DNA from: an uncultured archaeon
GTDB taxonomy: Archaea; Micrarchaeota; Micrarchaeia; Anstonellales; Bilamarchaeaceae
Length of the DNA stretch: 64,000 nucleotides
Assembly (NCBI GenBank): GCA_963734525.1
Contig: CAVTHI010000009.1
Span: 67,429-131,428 of the forward strand
Direction: 5' to 3'
The notes under the pieces were generated by a model, which saw nothing but the letters and a program-made list of their open reading frames with translations, did not search any database and was not told where the DNA came from. Shown in pieces: positions 45,601-53,064 of the stretch. Each line of letters starts with the position of its first letter. The stretch's first letter is position 1. Position numbers and translations under genes: made by a program.

Positions 45601-46709
45601 AGAACATGCTCGACGTGCTTGTCGGCGCAACAGGCGCGGATTCGCGCGTGGGCCTGAGCCCGGAGCGCTACGACATCCTGCTCGGAAGCCACCTCGGCAG
45701 CCCGGCAGGGAGGAGGGACAGGGCGACGACGTTCTACGTACTGCACACGCCGGTCTCGGAGCGCTCGGAGGCGAGGGGCTCGCTGGTCATCGGCGACCAG
45801 CAGGACCTCGACGAGTGGATGCGCCACGGCCACCAGATAGGGCGCGGCATTTCCCGCCTCGAAGTCGCGAGAACCGGAAGCGATTATACCTTCACGTTCT
45901 CGGGCGACAGGAGGCTTAGGGCGCTTACGGCCGAACGGTTCGTGGGAGGGATTACCGTCCCGCTCCGCGAATCCGAATTCAGGGTCGGAAGCAGCTGGAC
46001 GGTCGGCGGGCTGATGCAGGTCCTCCAGGACCACAGGCTCGACCTCCTCGCAGGCGCCATGTACGGAAGGCGCGAATACGGGAACGAGCGCTGGGACCAG
46101 TGGACCGTCACCGTTTCGGGCAGGCTGCAGGGCACGAACACCGCGACCGTCAGCGAGCAGTGGTACGGATACCTGTTCTTCAACCAGGCCACCAGGCAGG
46201 TGGTCGCCGCGAGCGGGGATGTGTTCAACAACGCCGAGGAGATGAGGCAGGTGTGCCAGACCCTCGGCGGGGCCGGGTGCAACAGCCTCTCGGACCTTTC
46301 GAGGACCACGGGCGGCGTCGGCCTCCAGTGGGCGCGGACGGACGTCGTCACGGGCGACCGGATGAGCTTCCACTTCTTCTTCGAAGGCGGCGTGGAGACC
46401 TACCGGCCGTGGAGCGGCGCGGGCTCAGGCACCGTGGACACGGGCGGGGGCAACACCGCCGCGGTGACAATCAACCCGCGCGACAACGCGTTCGTATTCC
46501 GCACCGGCGTAGGGTTCAACTACACCCAGCAGAGCCCCAACAGCACGATACCGAACATCTACTCGCTCACCTTGGGCGCGCAGAACGGCTCGTGGCCCCT
46601 CATACCCGGGGACGTCACGAGGCCGGAATACCTGCAGTCCTGGGGCACGTCGATGGAAACGGCCATACCGGGCTGGTCGCTCATGCTGCACGGCCGCGTG
46701 CAGTGGTAG
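41952..46709 (+). CDS. giant protein G5, C-terminal part (credible from about 42013; whole G5 about 2930 aa)
   Basis: From DNNFHPTTGDYTDANVTNLVNQLSILDAL... the composition is protein-like. Contains further ~50-aa repeats (43296-, 45087-, 45342-) and a beta-rich Gly/aromatic C-terminus ending ...GWSLMLHGRVQW. Changing GG to G at about 42011-42016 would fuse it to the previous frame. Confidence 0.8.
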   Translation: MRREGRSITIPCSRCTSSRRSDNNFHPTTGDYTDANVTNLVNQLSILDALYLGVALESVSGTDSAFQRSAATATMNAILVISNRDPYLVGPFLLQVLPAILSCSQDERTIVAAIEAFNGIFTQRYETGTREIAYSNALNRRYFLEVFQRIGDRLPEVTSSYDHSRLEDELRLTPEPRTDEGYMSPLLYRYRPGFWQGDGLEALPTMYGQQGSPIRLLPRPTMPTSPFLPVPGGFTIDSGASDIFSSMYDQLRPPVERMFRQRVPARFRIGALGASTIIRRINQLFGPMPVDYNDYWLSAFGEAGAYYAHQERGPTSTNRGGLAGVGGGRTISGGERATARWTRDQTETAIPAGEGQARSATSTTSDTVDINASAVRLPPPLSGPVPLPLLGVVPYDLFRMGEGTGSAYVARPQSEVQSELERRRGTGDQVVANIFTLRPNNTAAALLDTYTELLKTAPDRTRLERDYGRPFVELVAGNRQYLNWVLSQSPEMGVGIHRARQEFHYENSSTTQTTAPPAGQAGDTTVTDTQTRGRTRGLLETYQRIARQSQTDMLLFVAGEHVPELSSAGGATSQRGEDRLKTRLYFVTREGDVYQLAYGLDTRAQLLNYLYAGANTQQFLASARAVGRQMLTGDSAAAGFDGAAVGFTLPRSGGDSFSSLAFGQLVRSMRYMDPVHAEQAAGMAVTSLLADRRQRDVYAAFYRGAEMITVDQQDRQHITDTRFAEGTGEVMWRRMRIDPMAYQAEIRAAGGYPATVAARGRLEWRPSRYQTNALGVTAAYSHIDLLREMRAAGADANEIYGGLQTVLTSLYGWSEDTARDTGWLAAGSYMYARMENYTMQNPDGTYRTLPSGPEGNPEQHYASAMFMYWAQRHGILMGAQRVPGWTRIYDRIDQAMRQIQQNPANEATILEGLSRALRDDLRRDIWRFALAYGYDGERVRIYTVGGGQYVNDETAYGNLYSMFIFGRPAAGYVDILGHAYGYSPLVISENPGTAGQFTVTRGRQTPFVDLYTGFGIMDWPSISLQRYQREVAITSAPNIAGAVRDAYRELGGMRNRTRLVRDYGESLVALVEEGRETLSWMIRPAAQVRTEMQTRLGQDDPIVLSFLNLRSGRESGATTVSAEDAAALVDIFTELRKATPNRERLETRYSRELVDLVERNSTDLDWMLLPADRMRSEFTRRAQARGSVEARMAEVSLPAPPTQASLTGPEVKTLMEQNMLDVLVGATGADSRVGLSPERYDILLGSHLGSPAGRRDRATTFYVLHTPVSERSEARGSLVIGDQQDLDEWMRHGHQIGRGISRLEVARTGSDYTFTFSGDRRLRALTAERFVGGITVPLRESEFRVGSSWTVGGLMQVLQDHRLDLLAGAMYGRREYGNERWDQWTVTVSGRLQGTNTATVSEQWYGYLFFNQATRQVVAASGDVFNNAEEMRQVCQTLGGAGCNSLSDLSRTTGGVGLQWARTDVVTGDRMSFHFFFEGGVETYRPWSGAGSGTVDTGGGNTAAVTINPRDNAFVFRTGVGFNYTQQSPNSTIPNIYSLTLGAQNGSWPLIPGDVTRPEYLQSWGTSMETAIPGWSLMLHGRVQW

Positions 46710-46750
46710 TTTTTTTTTATTTTTATTTTTCCATTTTTCGCCTTTTTCCT
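46710..46750. terminator. bidirectional oligo-T/A region between convergent G5 and 46865-47311
   Basis: tttttttttatttttatttttccatttttcgcctttttcc directly follows the G5 stop. Confidence 0.5.
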
Positions 46751-46864
46751 CTTCCCCCATTAGTTACCAGGATGAGGGGAGCGAAGGGATTTATCGCTGC
46801 GCAGGGGCAAAGCTCGGCGTAGGGGTGGATAAGAAAAACAGGAAGAGCGGCTATTGATAGGAAG

Positions 46865-47311
46865 CTACTTCTTCTTCACGGGCTTCTCCTTGGCAATGAC
46901 CTTGGCCTCGGTTGCAATCAAAGGAGGCATGAAGGGCGGGAGCAGGTTGAAGGGGCGGAGCAGGAATATGCTGTTCATGCCCGCGTTCGCGTTTATCATG
47001 TTGATGGCGGTCGCGCCGAACTCCATCGGGACGATTTTCGCCTTCTTGTATTCGACGAGCATCTTCTTGAGGTTCTCCGGGCTGTCGCGGCAGAACGCCT
47101 CGCCCGTCATCCTCAGCGAGCCGATGTCCGGCTTGTAGTCGACGGCATAGGTGAATTCGAGTATCACGCCGTCCGGCGCCTTCTGGGTGATTTTGTCGAC
47201 ATTGATGTTGATGTCGATGTTCGCAGGAACGCCGTCCTTTGCCTTCTTCACTTCGCCTCCCCGGAAAATAAGACCCATGACTTCAAGCATATTTATCCCG
47301 TCCATAACCAA
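46865..47311 (-). CDS. small conserved protein, possible SecB-like chaperone fold (paralog of 37150-37578)
   Basis: 148 aa, Lys-rich tail KEKPVKKK like its paralog (AQKAGKKK), shared beta-strand-like and LLPPF/IAPPL segments. Convergent with G5. Confidence 0.7.
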   Translation of the reverse strand: MVMDGINMLEVMGLIFRGGEVKKAKDGVPANIDININVDKITQKAPDGVILEFTYAVDYKPDIGSLRMTGEAFCRDSPENLKKMLVEYKKAKIVPMEFGATAINMINANAGMNSIFLLRPFNLLPPFMPPLIATEAKVIAKEKPVKKK

Positions 47312-47382
47312 TCTTGCAGAGAATAAAAAGCTTTCTGTTTAGGCAGGCCGGCGATGAGTCCGGGCGCCTCTTCGGCATCAGG

Positions 47383-47937
47383 CTATTGCCCCTCCTGCTG
47401 GCCCTCGCGCGTCGCCTGGTAGGCCTGGACCATCTCATTGCGCATATTCGTCAGGTAGGCATACATGGAGTTGTTCTCCCTAAGGTTCGAGCGGAACTGC
47501 CCGAGCATTTCCTCCTGCCGGGCGACGGGGAGAGTCTCATACTGGAACCGGTTTAGGCCCCGCTCCCCCAGCCATCCGGGGAATTCCCGGTCCTCGATTT
47601 CCTGCATCTGGTCCTGCGCCTGGGAAGCGTTGTAGGCCGCGTTGTGCATCTCGATGCCGAGGTCGATTTTCTTTGCGAGGGCCGGGTCGTTCCTCCCCTG
47701 GGCGAAACTGAAGATGGTCGGGAGGATTGCCTGCTTCACTGTCCCGGCATCCCCGTTCGCCCGCATCCGCTGCATTTCATTGAGCGTGTTCGCGACAATC
47801 GTCTCCCGCTCCTGCGGCGTGAGGTTCATCTGGTATCTCTGCTCGTACCTTGTAAGTTCCACGGTAACCGCCGCCCGGTCCGCCGCCGTCACCGGCGCAG
47901 GCGCATGATCAGCATTCGTTTGTGCCATCCAAACCAC
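47383..47937 (-). CDS. hypothetical protein (184 aa)
   Basis: Gln/Glu/Asn-rich protein-like composition. Same strand and tightly spaced with aTrm56 and the SecB-like ORF. No motif recognised. Confidence 0.5.
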   Translation of the reverse strand: MVWMAQTNADHAPAPVTAADRAAVTVELTRYEQRYQMNLTPQERETIVANTLNEMQRMRANGDAGTVKQAILPTIFSFAQGRNDPALAKKIDLGIEMHNAAYNASQAQDQMQEIEDREFPGWLGERGLNRFQYETLPVARQEEMLGQFRSNLRENNSMYAYLTNMRNEMVQAYQATREGQQEGQ

Positions 47938-47962
47938 CCCGTTAGTTATCCGCAGGATATAT

Positions 47963-48508
47963 TTAAGGCGTTTTCATCCTCTTCCCGCGCTCGCTCGGGA
48001 TGATGGAGATTTTGCCCTGGAAATCGAAGCCCGCAAGCTCGCGGCCTTCCATCAGCCTGTCGAGGATGATTGCGAGCGCCGCCACCTCGCTGTGCGGCTG
48101 GCTAGTCACGGACACGTTATAATCCGAAAGCGCGTAAATCTCGCCGGGGACCTGCTCGGAGCCGACGATTATGAGGAGCTTATCGCAGGATTTCAATGCC
48201 GGAACGACGTCTTGCACGGGAAGCCCGTACATCGTCAGGTGGACTACCTTGAAGCCGCCTCTTTTCCTCGCCCTGATGAGGGATACCGCGCTCTTCTCGT
48301 ACGAAATCGAGAACGGGTCCGGGCCCGTCGGGGTTTTTCCGCCCCATTGCGAGCATATCCTCGAAACGCTCAACTCGAAACCGGCATCGTGCTGGCCGGT
48401 GTAGGATATCCTGCCCGCGCCGAAAGCCCTGGCGACGAGCGCCACGTGCGTGGAAATGCGCTCGTCCCGCGGAAGGCGGTGGGACAGCCTGAGGACCTCG
48501 ATGAGCAT
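47963..48508 (-). CDS. trm56: tRNA (cytidine56-2'-O)-methyltransferase aTrm56 (SPOUT)
   Basis: LRLSHRLPRDERISTHVALVARAFGA..., VVHLTMYG..., LLIIVGSEQVPGEIY..., SQPHSEVAALAIILDRL match my recollection of the aTrm56/COG1303 family. Confidence 0.82.
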   Translation of the reverse strand: MLIEVLRLSHRLPRDERISTHVALVARAFGAGRISYTGQHDAGFELSVSRICSQWGGKTPTGPDPFSISYEKSAVSLIRARKRGGFKVVHLTMYGLPVQDVVPALKSCDKLLIIVGSEQVPGEIYALSDYNVSVTSQPHSEVAALAIILDRLMEGRELAGFDFQGKISIIPSERGKRMKTP

Positions 48509-48638
48509 GAATGCGATTTGCTCGCATCATGTTTAAAATCCCCAGACTGCCGAAGGCGGGTGAGTTGCCCGGATATGGAAAGCCGGCGCGCGCTTGCCGC
48601 AGGACATGATTAAAAATGCGTAAAGGGAATCGAATACC

Positions 48639-49985
48639 ATGGCACGCTACTTCGGCACGAACGGAGTCCGGGGCACTATTGATGAGCTGACCCCCGAACT
48701 CGCACGCAGGCTCGCGAAGGCGGCAGGAGCCTATTTCAAAGGCGGGAAAATCCTTCTCGCGCGCGACTGCAGGCTGAGCGGGCCAATCCTGCACCCCGCA
48801 GTGGTCTCAGGCCTCGTGTCCGCAGGATGCGACGTGGTCGATATCGGCATCGCCAGCTCCCCGACCGCGGAATTCATGGTGAAGAGGCTCAAGGCGGAGG
48901 GCTGCATCATCATAACCGCATCGCACAATCCCCCGGAATGGAACGGGCTGAAGGCGGTTGACGGCAACGGGATAGCGGTGTCGAAGGAGCGGGGCGGGGA
49001 AATCGAGAAGCTGCTCGACAAGCCCGCGCAGGGGGGCAAGGCCGGCAGGGTGACGATGCATGAGGGCGCCACGGCCGAGCATATCGAGTCCATCATGGGT
49101 TTCGTCGACAGGACAAAAATAAAGAATAAAAAGCCGAAAATCGTGCTTGACTGCGGGAACGGCACGGCCGCCCTCATAGCCCCGAAGCTGATGAAGGCGC
49201 TCGGATGCGTTATCCTGACCCTGAATTCGCACATGGACGGGAGGTTCCCAGGCAGGCCTTCCGAGCCGGCCGAAGCGAACGTCAAGGAACTGATATCGCT
49301 CGTCAAATCCTCCAATTCGGATGCCGGAATCGCATGGGACGGCGACGGAGACCGCGTCATCTTCGTGGACGAGAAGGGCGGCTACGTCATCGGCGACAAG
49401 GTGTATGCCCTTTCGATTCTCTGGAAGGCCGCAAATCTCAAAACCCGGAACTCAACACCCGCCGGCGATGTCGTGACGACCGTTGCCACCAGCAAGGCCG
49501 TGGAGGATGTGGCCGCGAGGTTCGGCCTCAAGACGCACTATACCGCTATCGGGGCGCCATACCTCTCCGAAGAGGCCGCCAAGGGCGGCGTGTTCATGGG
49601 CGGCGAGGAGGTCGGCGGCGTCATATGGCCCGAATCATCGCTTGCCAAGGACGGGTTCCTGACCGCGGCCAAGCTCGCCGAGGCGCTCTGCGGGAAGCCC
49701 CTCTCCGCATGGCTCCGGGAAGTCCCTACATACTATAATGTCAAGACCAAGCTCGATGCGGATGCGAACGCCAAGAAGGAGATAGTCGCCCGCGTCCTCG
49801 CGCATGCGAAAGCCGGCAGGCTCGCTTATATCACCGTCGACGGCGTGCGCGTCAACATGAAGGACGCGTGGGTGATTGTCCGGGCGTCTGGAACAGAGAA
49901 TTATGTCAGGATATTCGCCGAGGCGAAAAGCGGGGCCGAAGCGAAAAAGCTGGCTGCAGAATACGAGCGGATAGCGCGGGGATGA
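48639..49985 (+). CDS. phosphohexomutase (phosphoglucosamine / phosphomannomutase family)
   Basis: FGTNGVRG, active-site TASHNPPEWNGLK, metal loop GIAWDGDGDRVIF, sugar loop GGEEVGG. Confidence 0.9.
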   Translation: MARYFGTNGVRGTIDELTPELARRLAKAAGAYFKGGKILLARDCRLSGPILHPAVVSGLVSAGCDVVDIGIASSPTAEFMVKRLKAEGCIIITASHNPPEWNGLKAVDGNGIAVSKERGGEIEKLLDKPAQGGKAGRVTMHEGATAEHIESIMGFVDRTKIKNKKPKIVLDCGNGTAALIAPKLMKALGCVILTLNSHMDGRFPGRPSEPAEANVKELISLVKSSNSDAGIAWDGDGDRVIFVDEKGGYVIGDKVYALSILWKAANLKTRNSTPAGDVVTTVATSKAVEDVAARFGLKTHYTAIGAPYLSEEAAKGGVFMGGEEVGGVIWPESSLAKDGFLTAAKLAEALCGKPLSAWLREVPTYYNVKTKLDADANAKKEIVARVLAHAKAGRLAYITVDGVRVNMKDAWVIVRASGTENYVRIFAEAKSGAEAKKLAAEYERIARG

Positions 49986-50030
49986 ACAATCGGGTGCGGC
50001 GCTCAGACCGCGGGCCCCATGTATCAGGCA

Positions 50031-50939
50031 TCAGATTGCCGGCTTTTCCGATGGGACCGCCGCAACCCCTGCGGCATCCGCCTTCTGCTCGAAAAGGGAC
50101 TTGAGAAGCGGGTTGATGTCAATTTCCGCGGCGTCGTTCGGAATCGAGTTCGTAGTGAAGACGCCGTCCGAGGCCTTCCTGAGCTTCGCGAGCGAGTCGT
50201 TCAGGAAGAAGCCGTGCGTCGCGGCGCAGAGCACCTTCTTCGCCCCGCCCTTCTTCACGTTTTCCACCGCCTTGAGCATCGTGCCGCCGGTGGATATCAT
50301 GTCGTCGAGTATCAGGATGTTCTTGCCCTCGACCTCGAATTCACGCTCCACCTTCTGCACCGAGCGGTAGGCCTCCGCGGCGTTGCCCGCCTCGTACTGG
50401 CCCCTGACCTTGCTCATGCTCTTCCCCCCGAACTCGGATACGAGGTAGTTCGCTCCCTGGTCCGGGGAGATGACCTCGAGGTGCTCGAGGCCGAGCTTCT
50501 TCCGCGCGTGCTCGACAAGGAGCTTCCCAGCGCTGAGGTTCTGGATTTTGAGGTTCGAATACTCGGACTCGCCCTCTTTTTTCAGGAAATGGCAGTCCAC
50601 GGTGACGAGCTTCACCGTCCCGAAATCCGCAAGCAGCTTGCAGAGCACCTGCGCGGAGAGGGACTCGCCCATCAGGAACGTCTTGTCCTGCCGCGCGTAG
50701 GGCAGGTAGGGGGAAACGAGGGTGACGCGCGCCCCGACGCGCTTAAGCGTGTGGAGCATCTGCGCGGCGTTGAAAATGGCCGAATTCTGCTTCGGGTAGA
50801 GGCGGTGGAAGAGCACCACGTCCTCGCCCTGGCAGGTGGATATGTCGTTTATGCGCGTATAGCTGTCGCCGTCCGGAAAGAGCTTGATTTCGATGTTAGG
50901 CGCGGCCAAATCTGGGAAATTCGGGGAAACGAGGTACAT
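50031..50939 (-). CDS. prs: ribose-phosphate pyrophosphokinase
   Basis: SPYLPYARQDK and PRPP loop ILILDDMISTGGTM. Start moved to ATG 50939 because the first 62 tracked codons overlap the divergent DJ-1 gene. Confidence 0.87.
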   Translation of the reverse strand: MYLVSPNFPDLAAPNIEIKLFPDGDSYTRINDISTCQGEDVVLFHRLYPKQNSAIFNAAQMLHTLKRVGARVTLVSPYLPYARQDKTFLMGESLSAQVLCKLLADFGTVKLVTVDCHFLKKEGESEYSNLKIQNLSAGKLLVEHARKKLGLEHLEVISPDQGANYLVSEFGGKSMSKVRGQYEAGNAAEAYRSVQKVEREFEVEGKNILILDDMISTGGTMLKAVENVKKGGAKKVLCAATHGFFLNDSLAKLRKASDGVFTTNSIPNDAAEIDINPLLKSLFEQKADAAGVAAVPSEKPAI

Positions 50940-51035
50940 GATTACTATTTCTATCGATGGGATTAAAGGCTTTGGCGCGAGCAGGCTCCCGGCCCTCCGA
51001 TAGGTAAAAAAATGTTCGATGCGAATCGCTAAGGC

Positions 51036-51557
51036 ATGGCAAAGGTACTTATGATTGTCGCGCAGAGCGGATTCCGCGACGAAGAGCTGACTATTCCCAG
51101 GGAAGTGCTCGAGCGCAGCGGCCACGATGTGAAGGTCGCAAGCCTGACACGGGCCAAGGCGCAGGGGTCCAAAGGCCTGTCCATCACGCCGGATATGGCG
51201 GTGTATGAGGCCAACCCGGAGTTCTTCGACGCGGTCATAGTCGTGGGGGGCCCGGGCTCGCCCGCCCTTGCCGAGAACGAGGATGTCATCAAGCTCCTCA
51301 TCAGCTCCAACAAGAAGGGAAAGCTCATAGGGGGCATCTGCCTCGGGCCCATGGCGCTGGCGAAGGCCGGCGTGCTGGCTGGCAGGAATGCGACGGTGTT
51401 CCCGGACCGCAAGGCGATAAACCTCCTCCGCGAAACGGCGGCGAACTACAGGAACGAACCGGTCGTCATAGACGGCAATATTGTCACGGCCGACGGACCG
51501 CAGAGCGCGGGGAAGTTCGGGTCAGCCGTCGCCGAGCAGCTGAAAAGGAAGGCATAG
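51036..51557 (+). CDS. DJ-1/PfpI family protein
   Basis: VLMIVAQSGFRDEEL..., nucleophile elbow GGICLGP, VIDGNIVTADGP. Confidence 0.87.
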   Translation: MAKVLMIVAQSGFRDEELTIPREVLERSGHDVKVASLTRAKAQGSKGLSITPDMAVYEANPEFFDAVIVVGGPGSPALAENEDVIKLLISSNKKGKLIGGICLGPMALAKAGVLAGRNATVFPDRKAINLLRETAANYRNEPVVIDGNIVTADGPQSAGKFGSAVAEQLKRKA

Positions 51558-51569
51558 GCGGCGGATACG

Positions 51570-51782
51570 ATGATTACGATAAGGCATGACGGATGCATAT
51601 TCTGTGTGGGCTGCTCATCAGTATGCCCGGCGAACGCGATAGAGGCCGTTGGGACGCGGATGAAGACGTACCCGGAAAAATGCATCGACTGCGGGCTCTG
51701 CGTCAGGGTGTGCCCGGCGAACGTCATCCGCATGTACAAGGGCGTGAAAGACGAGAAGGACCTCCCGGAAGGGGCGGAATGA
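51570..51782 (+). CDS. 2x[4Fe-4S] ferredoxin
   Basis: CIFCVGCSSVCP and CIDCGLCVRVCP motifs in 70 aa. Confidence 0.88.
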   Translation: MITIRHDGCIFCVGCSSVCPANAIEAVGTRMKTYPEKCIDCGLCVRVCPANVIRMYKGVKDEKDLPEGAE

Positions 51783-51793
51783 GGCGAGCGAAG

Positions 51794-53014
51794 ATGGCTT
51801 CCAAATACGACCATGACGTCATAGTTATAGGCGGCGGGCCCTCAGGCTCGTCGTTCGCGAGGGCCGCGGCCGGAAACGGGCTGGACGTGCTCGTAGTCGA
51901 TAAGCGGAAAGAGATAGGCGTGCCGGTCCGTTGCGGCGAGGGGCTCGGGCAGACCGAGATAATCAAACAGGGGCTCGACCTGCCCCGCTCATGCTATTCG
52001 AGCGAGATAGTGGGCGCCAAGGTCATCGCCCCGAACGGGAAGTCCATCATTTGGAAGGACACCGAGGCGAGCGGGTGGGTGCTGGAGCGCAAGGCGTTCG
52101 ACAAGTGGCTTTGCGAGCTTGCAGTGGACAAGGGGGCGAAGGTCAGCACTTATACGAGGGCGGTCGGGCTCGTCAAGGACGCAAAGGGCAGGCCGCAGGG
52201 GGTCAAGGTCTCGCACGGGGGCCGGGAGCCCTATGAAATCAGCGCGCCGCTAATCGTCTCGGCCGAAGGCATGGAATCCCTGATGGCCCGCGAGATGGGC
52301 TTCAAGACCGTCCATTCGCTCTACGACGTGGACACGTGCTACGAATACGAGATGAAGCCCTACGAGCACGAGAACCTCCTCGAGATATATTTCGGAAACT
52401 CGCTCGCCCCGAGGGGCTATGCCTGGATATTCCCCAAGTCCGACAGGAAGGCGAATGTGGGAATCGGAATCGGCGGGCTTGTCGAGAACGGCCCGAAGCT
52501 TGGCGGGGTGAAGGGCGCGGACCCGAAAAGCCTGCTCGACGAATTCGTGAAGGGGAACGGGAAGCTGAAGGAGGCGAGCACGCTGCTGGAATTCGGCGGG
52601 GTGATATCCGTCGGCCTCCCGATAAATGAGTTCGTGAAGGACAACTGCATGGTCATCGGGACTGCGGCGAAGCAGGTCGACCCGATTCACGGCGGGGGCA
52701 TCGGGCTCGCGATGGAAGCCGGCCTCCTTGCCGCAGACACCGCGGTGAAGGCGCACGCGAAGAAGGATTTCTCGAAGCAGGCGCTCTCGGAATATGAAAG
52801 AAGGTGGCGCGCCGAGACCGGGCCCACGATTGAGAACCGGATGAAGCTCCGGAAAATCATCGAGAAGGTGTCGGACGACGACCTCAACCACATATTCAAC
52901 ACGCTGACAGACAAGGATTTGGACCAGATAATGAGGAGCAACTTCGCCCCGTCCGCGCTGAAAGTGGTGGCGAAAAGGCCCCAGCTCCTTGCGGTCCTCC
53001 GCGGCCTGATGTAG
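51794..53014 (+). CDS. geranylgeranyl reductase family flavoprotein
   Basis: DVIVIGGGPSGS FAD fold, RCGEGL, PRGYAWIFPK, GGGIGLAMEAG. Start ATG 51794 (or 51779, overlapping the ferredoxin stop). The upstream part of the tracked ORF is the ferredoxin gene read in another frame. Confidence 0.85.
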   Translation: MASKYDHDVIVIGGGPSGSSFARAAAGNGLDVLVVDKRKEIGVPVRCGEGLGQTEIIKQGLDLPRSCYSSEIVGAKVIAPNGKSIIWKDTEASGWVLERKAFDKWLCELAVDKGAKVSTYTRAVGLVKDAKGRPQGVKVSHGGREPYEISAPLIVSAEGMESLMAREMGFKTVHSLYDVDTCYEYEMKPYEHENLLEIYFGNSLAPRGYAWIFPKSDRKANVGIGIGGLVENGPKLGGVKGADPKSLLDEFVKGNGKLKEASTLLEFGGVISVGLPINEFVKDNCMVIGTAAKQVDPIHGGGIGLAMEAGLLAADTAVKAHAKKDFSKQALSEYERRWRAETGPTIENRMKLRKIIEKVSDDDLNHIFNTLTDKDLDQIMRSNFAPSALKVVAKRPQLLAVLRGLM

Positions 53015-53064
53015 CCTGATGAAAAGGCCCGGCCGGGGGTAACCCCGCATCCGGTTTCCGGCCC

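Noticed and set aside
3398-46709. The frame disruptions as programmed ribosomal frameshifts or genuine pseudogenisation
   Set aside because: At least ten single-base events sit mostly in short homopolymers. They include one in the normally essential ftsY and a compensated pair 33 nt apart in a PAS domain. No slippery heptamer or stimulatory structure is seen. Sequencing or assembly indels are the most economical explanation, though only the reads can settle this.
15555-46709. The giant block as a prophage, integrative element or plasmid insertion
   Set aside because: There is no integrase, transposase, capsid, terminase or replication gene, no flanking direct repeats and no tRNA at the borders. 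Codon style matches the neighbouring ribosomal genes by eye.
46753-46864. GC-richer patch in the G5 / SecB-like intergenic region, considered as a small RNA
   Set aside because: I found only weak, short complementarity (CCCC...GGGG) and no convincing stem or known motif.
50940-51125. The N-terminal 62-codon extension of prs, and similarly 59834-60214 for the 283-aa ORF
   Set aside because: The extensions overlap divergent, well-supported genes (DJ-1/PfpI, folD) and lack family sequence. Internal ATGs give canonical lengths.
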